Source of the DNA: Eledone cirrhosa
Taxonomy: Eukaryota
Assembly (NCBI GenBank): GCA_964016885.1
Contig: OZ024743.1
Location: 196,292,001 to 196,356,000, forward strand
DNA: 64,000 bases
Direction: 5' to 3'
Shown one piece after another: positions 59,897 through 64,000 of the stretch. The notes beneath the pieces were generated by a model. That model was given only the letters and a program-made list of their open reading frames with translations. It had not been told where the DNA came from and ran no database searches. Numbering within the stretch: position 1 is the first letter of the stretch; every line of letters begins with the position of its first letter. The position numbers were made by a program, and so were the translations under genes.

Positions 59897-61329
59897 TATT
59901 TCTAGCTACTTACATATCAACCTTCTTACTTTAGAAAGAGTACAGTCAGATATCATAATGCTGTAGGTTCGATTTCTGAACTGGGTGGTGCTTTATGTTC
60001 AGTGAGCAAAACAGTTCATATCATGTTGCCCTACTCTACTCAGCTGAAAGTGAATACAAGCAGTAAATTGTGTTTAACAGGCGTGTTTGTAGGGAAGTGG
60101 TGTATCGTACTCTCAGTCACTTATCGATGATGAAACCGAATAATCAACGTTCTGGTGAGTCTCTGTGTTTGGGATATACCTTAACCCAGCGAAAAACGTT
60201 ATACCCTCAGTCACTTAACGCTAATGAAACTGGGATATGAACTGTCCTGATGGATCACAGAGCTTGAGACAGAAACAGAGCGTTTAATCCTTTAAATATT
60301 TTACATTAAATAATACAAACATTGAATATTTAATTCTTGTCAGTCTGAAATGTTTACATATTATATCTGACTAATTCTACTCACGATATTATGGTGAATG
60401 AAATACCAATAAGCTGAAGAATTATCAAGTTATTTCTCAGTTTTTTTGACACAGCTGGTAGTAACGTTCTCTTCCTCAAGAGATTAGCACCTCGGTTTAT
60501 GAAGCTTCAATCGCTATAACTGGAAGCAAACGATATACCACTTTTTTCCTGCCAAAATCTCAAGTATTTCAACCCCCAAGACACTTGATAATATGCTGGG
60601 TGGGGTTCACTTGATCACATGTACTAAATAAATGGGATAAACTCATTCCATTTTCAAATACAGGGAGTAGTTTAATTAGTTTCAAACTGTGAACTCCTTG
60701 CGTGAAAATAGGGAAAGTGTTCCAACTGTTTGCCCCCAGCTGCTAATGAGGGAACCGAATTCATTCTCGGTACGAAAAGCCAATTACATTATGGTTTGGT
60801 CGAATTAAATTCCAATTAATCATTCTTATCGTCAAGTTTAAGCTACGTACACTTCGAGACTTTGAACAATTCTGGCATCCAAGAATATTAAACGACAGCA
60901 CTTTGTTATATCTGATACAAACTTTAGTTGCCTTGATTAAGGTTTATCGTTCACCTACTTCACTGTGCCACTCCTATTTTCACAGATATCTCTTCAAAGT
61001 ACTTTCCTTCTAAGTTTATAGACCTAGTTGGTTTCCCACTAGTTTTATTAATCAGCTAGATTGGTCTCATACGTGTGTTACTATTTTCCTTATTTCTTCT
61101 ACTTCCTTGCCTATATTTTTCTTTCTTTCTCTCTCACTTTCCAGTTATTCATTAATTTCTTCTTTTTTTTCTCACTCCCTCTCTCTCTTCCTTTCTATTT
61201 GTGAGACGGTGTATCTAATTATGGGCGGTGACCCGAACAGAAAGGGGAAGAGAAACTATTTACGTCGGAAATCAGAGTCACTTTGCACTCTGCTGGCAGA
61301 ACAATTTTGATGAAATTTGGCACTTGCTA

Positions 61330-61980
61330 CAAAACTTATAAAATATATATATGTACTTGATTAAAAGATATTAAACCAACCAAAAGCAATGAAAGTGTTA
61401 AAAAAATTGTCAAAACCAAATTTTCTTCCGCCAAATGCTTTAAATCAAGTAGGTTTTATATATATACTTTTTTTCCAGGGAGGTAACTTTCAGGACATAT
61501 TTTCTATATGTATGTATGTATATAATTTTATTTTCAACACATAAATAAATACGAGAAAAAAACGATAAAATCAAAATTAAGTAATGAGAAAATAGGGAAT
61601 GGGTACGGAAGGGCAGATCTGGCTGTATGGGAAAGTAGAGGAAAGGACTATGAACGACATAAATGTGAGGAAAAGGAGTGGAAAAGCAAGGGCTCTAGGG
61701 CCACAGAAGAAAGAGAGGCGGAAATGGGGAGGGTGATGGGTTCTAGCGGTGTTGGGGCTGCGCCCTGCGGACAAGACCACAAAAGCATTTCCAGAAACAC
61801 CCGCTGCAACAACCACCCCACCTCGTAGGCCTCATTCCTCAGGCGGACTACTGATGTTCCAATCTTGCGGAAGAGCTCGGCAGTACGGGGTCCGAGTACG
61901 CCTGAGGTCTCGACGGCGACCGGTCCGAAGATGAATTGGCCGGACAATCCCCGGTATTTGTTTGTCTTCCTTTCCAATGC
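61330..61980 (-). mobile_element. 5'-truncated CRE-like (restriction-like endonuclease) non-LTR retrotransposon 3' end
   Basis: ERKTNKYRGL...FGPVAVETSGVLG...WLLQR followed by GNA in a shifted frame, typical of the RLE C-terminus. Confidence 0.75.
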
Positions 61981-61991
61981 ATTGCGGGTGG

Positions 61992-62321
61992 ACGAAAGGC
62001 AAAGTTAAACTCGGCGGGATTAACCCCAGATCATAAAGGGGCGTAACTCTATGCTGCAAAGCATGGCCTCCGGACCTCTACCGATACTGCTAATCCACCG
62101 CCCTATTAATAATGGTTTCTTATATAGGCACAAGGACAGCAATTGAGGGGGTCGATTAAATCGACCCCAGTGCGTGACTGGTACTTTATTTTATCGACCC
62201 CGTAAGGATAAAAGGCAAAGTTAACATCAGTGGGATTTGAACTCAGATCATAAAGGGCCGTAACTCTATGCTGCAATGCATGGCGTTCGACCATCTACCG
62301 ATACTACCAATCCACCGCCCT
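61992..62321 (-). mobile_element. Two tandem SINE family A copies
   Basis: Consensus matches ending aatccaccgccc at ~62103 and ~62320. Confidence 0.87.
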
Positions 62322-62701
62322 AATAATAATAATAACAATAATAATAAAAGGACGATTGGTTATGTCTTCATTACAGACTGGAAACTACGTATCGAGTGCT
62401 CACTCGAGTGAACCTACAGAAACTTGCACGTTATACTCCTTAGATATATATATATATACATACATATTCTCAACGCTTCAAAAGCCGTCAGAAGTTACAC
62501 TTTTGTTTTTCATTGGCTTAATCAAATCCATGTTAAGATTATTTATACCTACAAGAAACCAATATGTGGTGCTTCCCACTCTGTTACTGTTATAGTGATC
62601 CTTCAGAAAACGTAGTTTCTTAAGACTGACTAAATATGCTTGTGTTATTTGTTGATATAATGTTTTCTTTGGAAGTTTCCTTTTCTTTGTTAACTTATAC
62701 T

Positions 62702-62733
<32 letters not shown>

Positions 62734-63111
62734 CATATCATTCACACTTTCTCTCTCCCGCTCTCGCTTGCTATATTATTATTTCTTCTTATGTCTCCTT
62801 ATTTTCTTATTGTTTTGATGATTCTTCAAAGCACTGGGACATATTGGAAATACCAAAGAAGCAGGCTCTTCTGTTTTAAGCTCAAACAAATTGGTAATAT
62901 TACTTCCTGGCAGGGAAAACAATAAACATGGGAATTATAAACGCGTTCGAATAATTACGTTATATGTTGTATAATGTTATTTGATAATAGTTTTATTTGC
63001 CTTAGAATATTTCAGCCCCTGAATCAACAAACGGGCAGCTTTTTTTCAGAAATTTCCTTTCAACTGACACTGAGTATTTGTGTCTGTTTATATATATATA
63101 TATACAAAGGT

Positions 63112-63446
63112 TCTATTTAAATTGTTGGGATACAACAAGCAAATATTTTTATAACTGATATAAAGCACTCGACAAGTATTTGGAGTAAATATACGATATT
63201 AACAAATGGAAACTATATTTATAAAACCATATTTATTTCATTATACATATTTCAATGTCTATCGTGGTGTCTTCCAAAAGTAACGGTTGCATTTTGAAAG
63301 GGTACGTCAATGTTTATTTATAAAACTGGTGTATATTGTATTTTGTCTGATGAAGGCATACCATAATTTAACTTGGTATCCTTGAAATATGTATTATGAA
63401 ATAAATATGGTTTTATAAATATAGTTTCCATTTGTTAATATCGTAT
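63112..63446 (+). mobile_element. Solo Hydra-like pLTR with 5' inversion and HHR (63339-63403)
   Basis: Inverted arms ~63190-63255 / 63382-63446. TATTTTGT-CTGATGA-AGGcATACCA..TGGTATCCTt-GAA-ATATGTAT-T-ATGAAATA. Confidence 0.8.
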
Positions 63447-63561
63447 ATATATATATATTTATATATATATATTTATATCGTATATATATATATATATATA
63501 TCGTATATATATATATAAAGCAGCGATTCTTTGCTTAAACTTTAATCTGTTATTTTAATAA

Positions 63562-63597
<36 letters not shown>

Positions 63598-63606
63598 ATA
63601 TTCATA

Positions 63607-63667
<61 letters not shown>

Positions 63668-63674
63668 ATTCATA

Positions 63675-63958
<284 letters not shown>

Positions 63959-64000
63959 AGAGAGAGAGAGACTGTGTGTGTAAAAGGTAAACAGAATTTA

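Noticed and set aside
57500-61300. Host gene exons (candidate acceptors at ~58373, 59659, 60454)
   Set aside because: No sustained ORF or recognisable protein. Small exons cannot be excluded without transcript data.

Overview
This window is AT-rich, microsatellite-dense eukaryotic DNA with no supportable host gene. The SINE families and (TA)n/(CA)n/(GATA)n/(TACA)n load suggest a coleoid cephalopod, probably Octopus; that taxonomy is an inference. It is almost entirely mobile elements: three Tx1/L1-clade LINEs, all sitting in (GATA)n tracts, one with an intact APE-RT ORF2; three RT+GIY-YIG Penelope-like elements (PLEs) clustered at 27-42 kb; RTE and CRE LINE relics; a Tigger/pogo transposon carrying a telomere-repeat foldback MITE; and many tRNA-derived SINEs. 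The most striking signal is a set of at least 8 sequence-distinct type I hammerhead ribozyme (HHR) motifs read directly from the sequence. Nearly all have a self-complementary stem III and several have a very long stem II. They occur in PLE pseudo-LTRs and in small non-coding fold-back or direct-repeat elements inserted in microsatellites, mostly (TA)n, including a 483-nt retrozyme-like unit. Most short ORFs in the supplied track are microsatellite artefacts.
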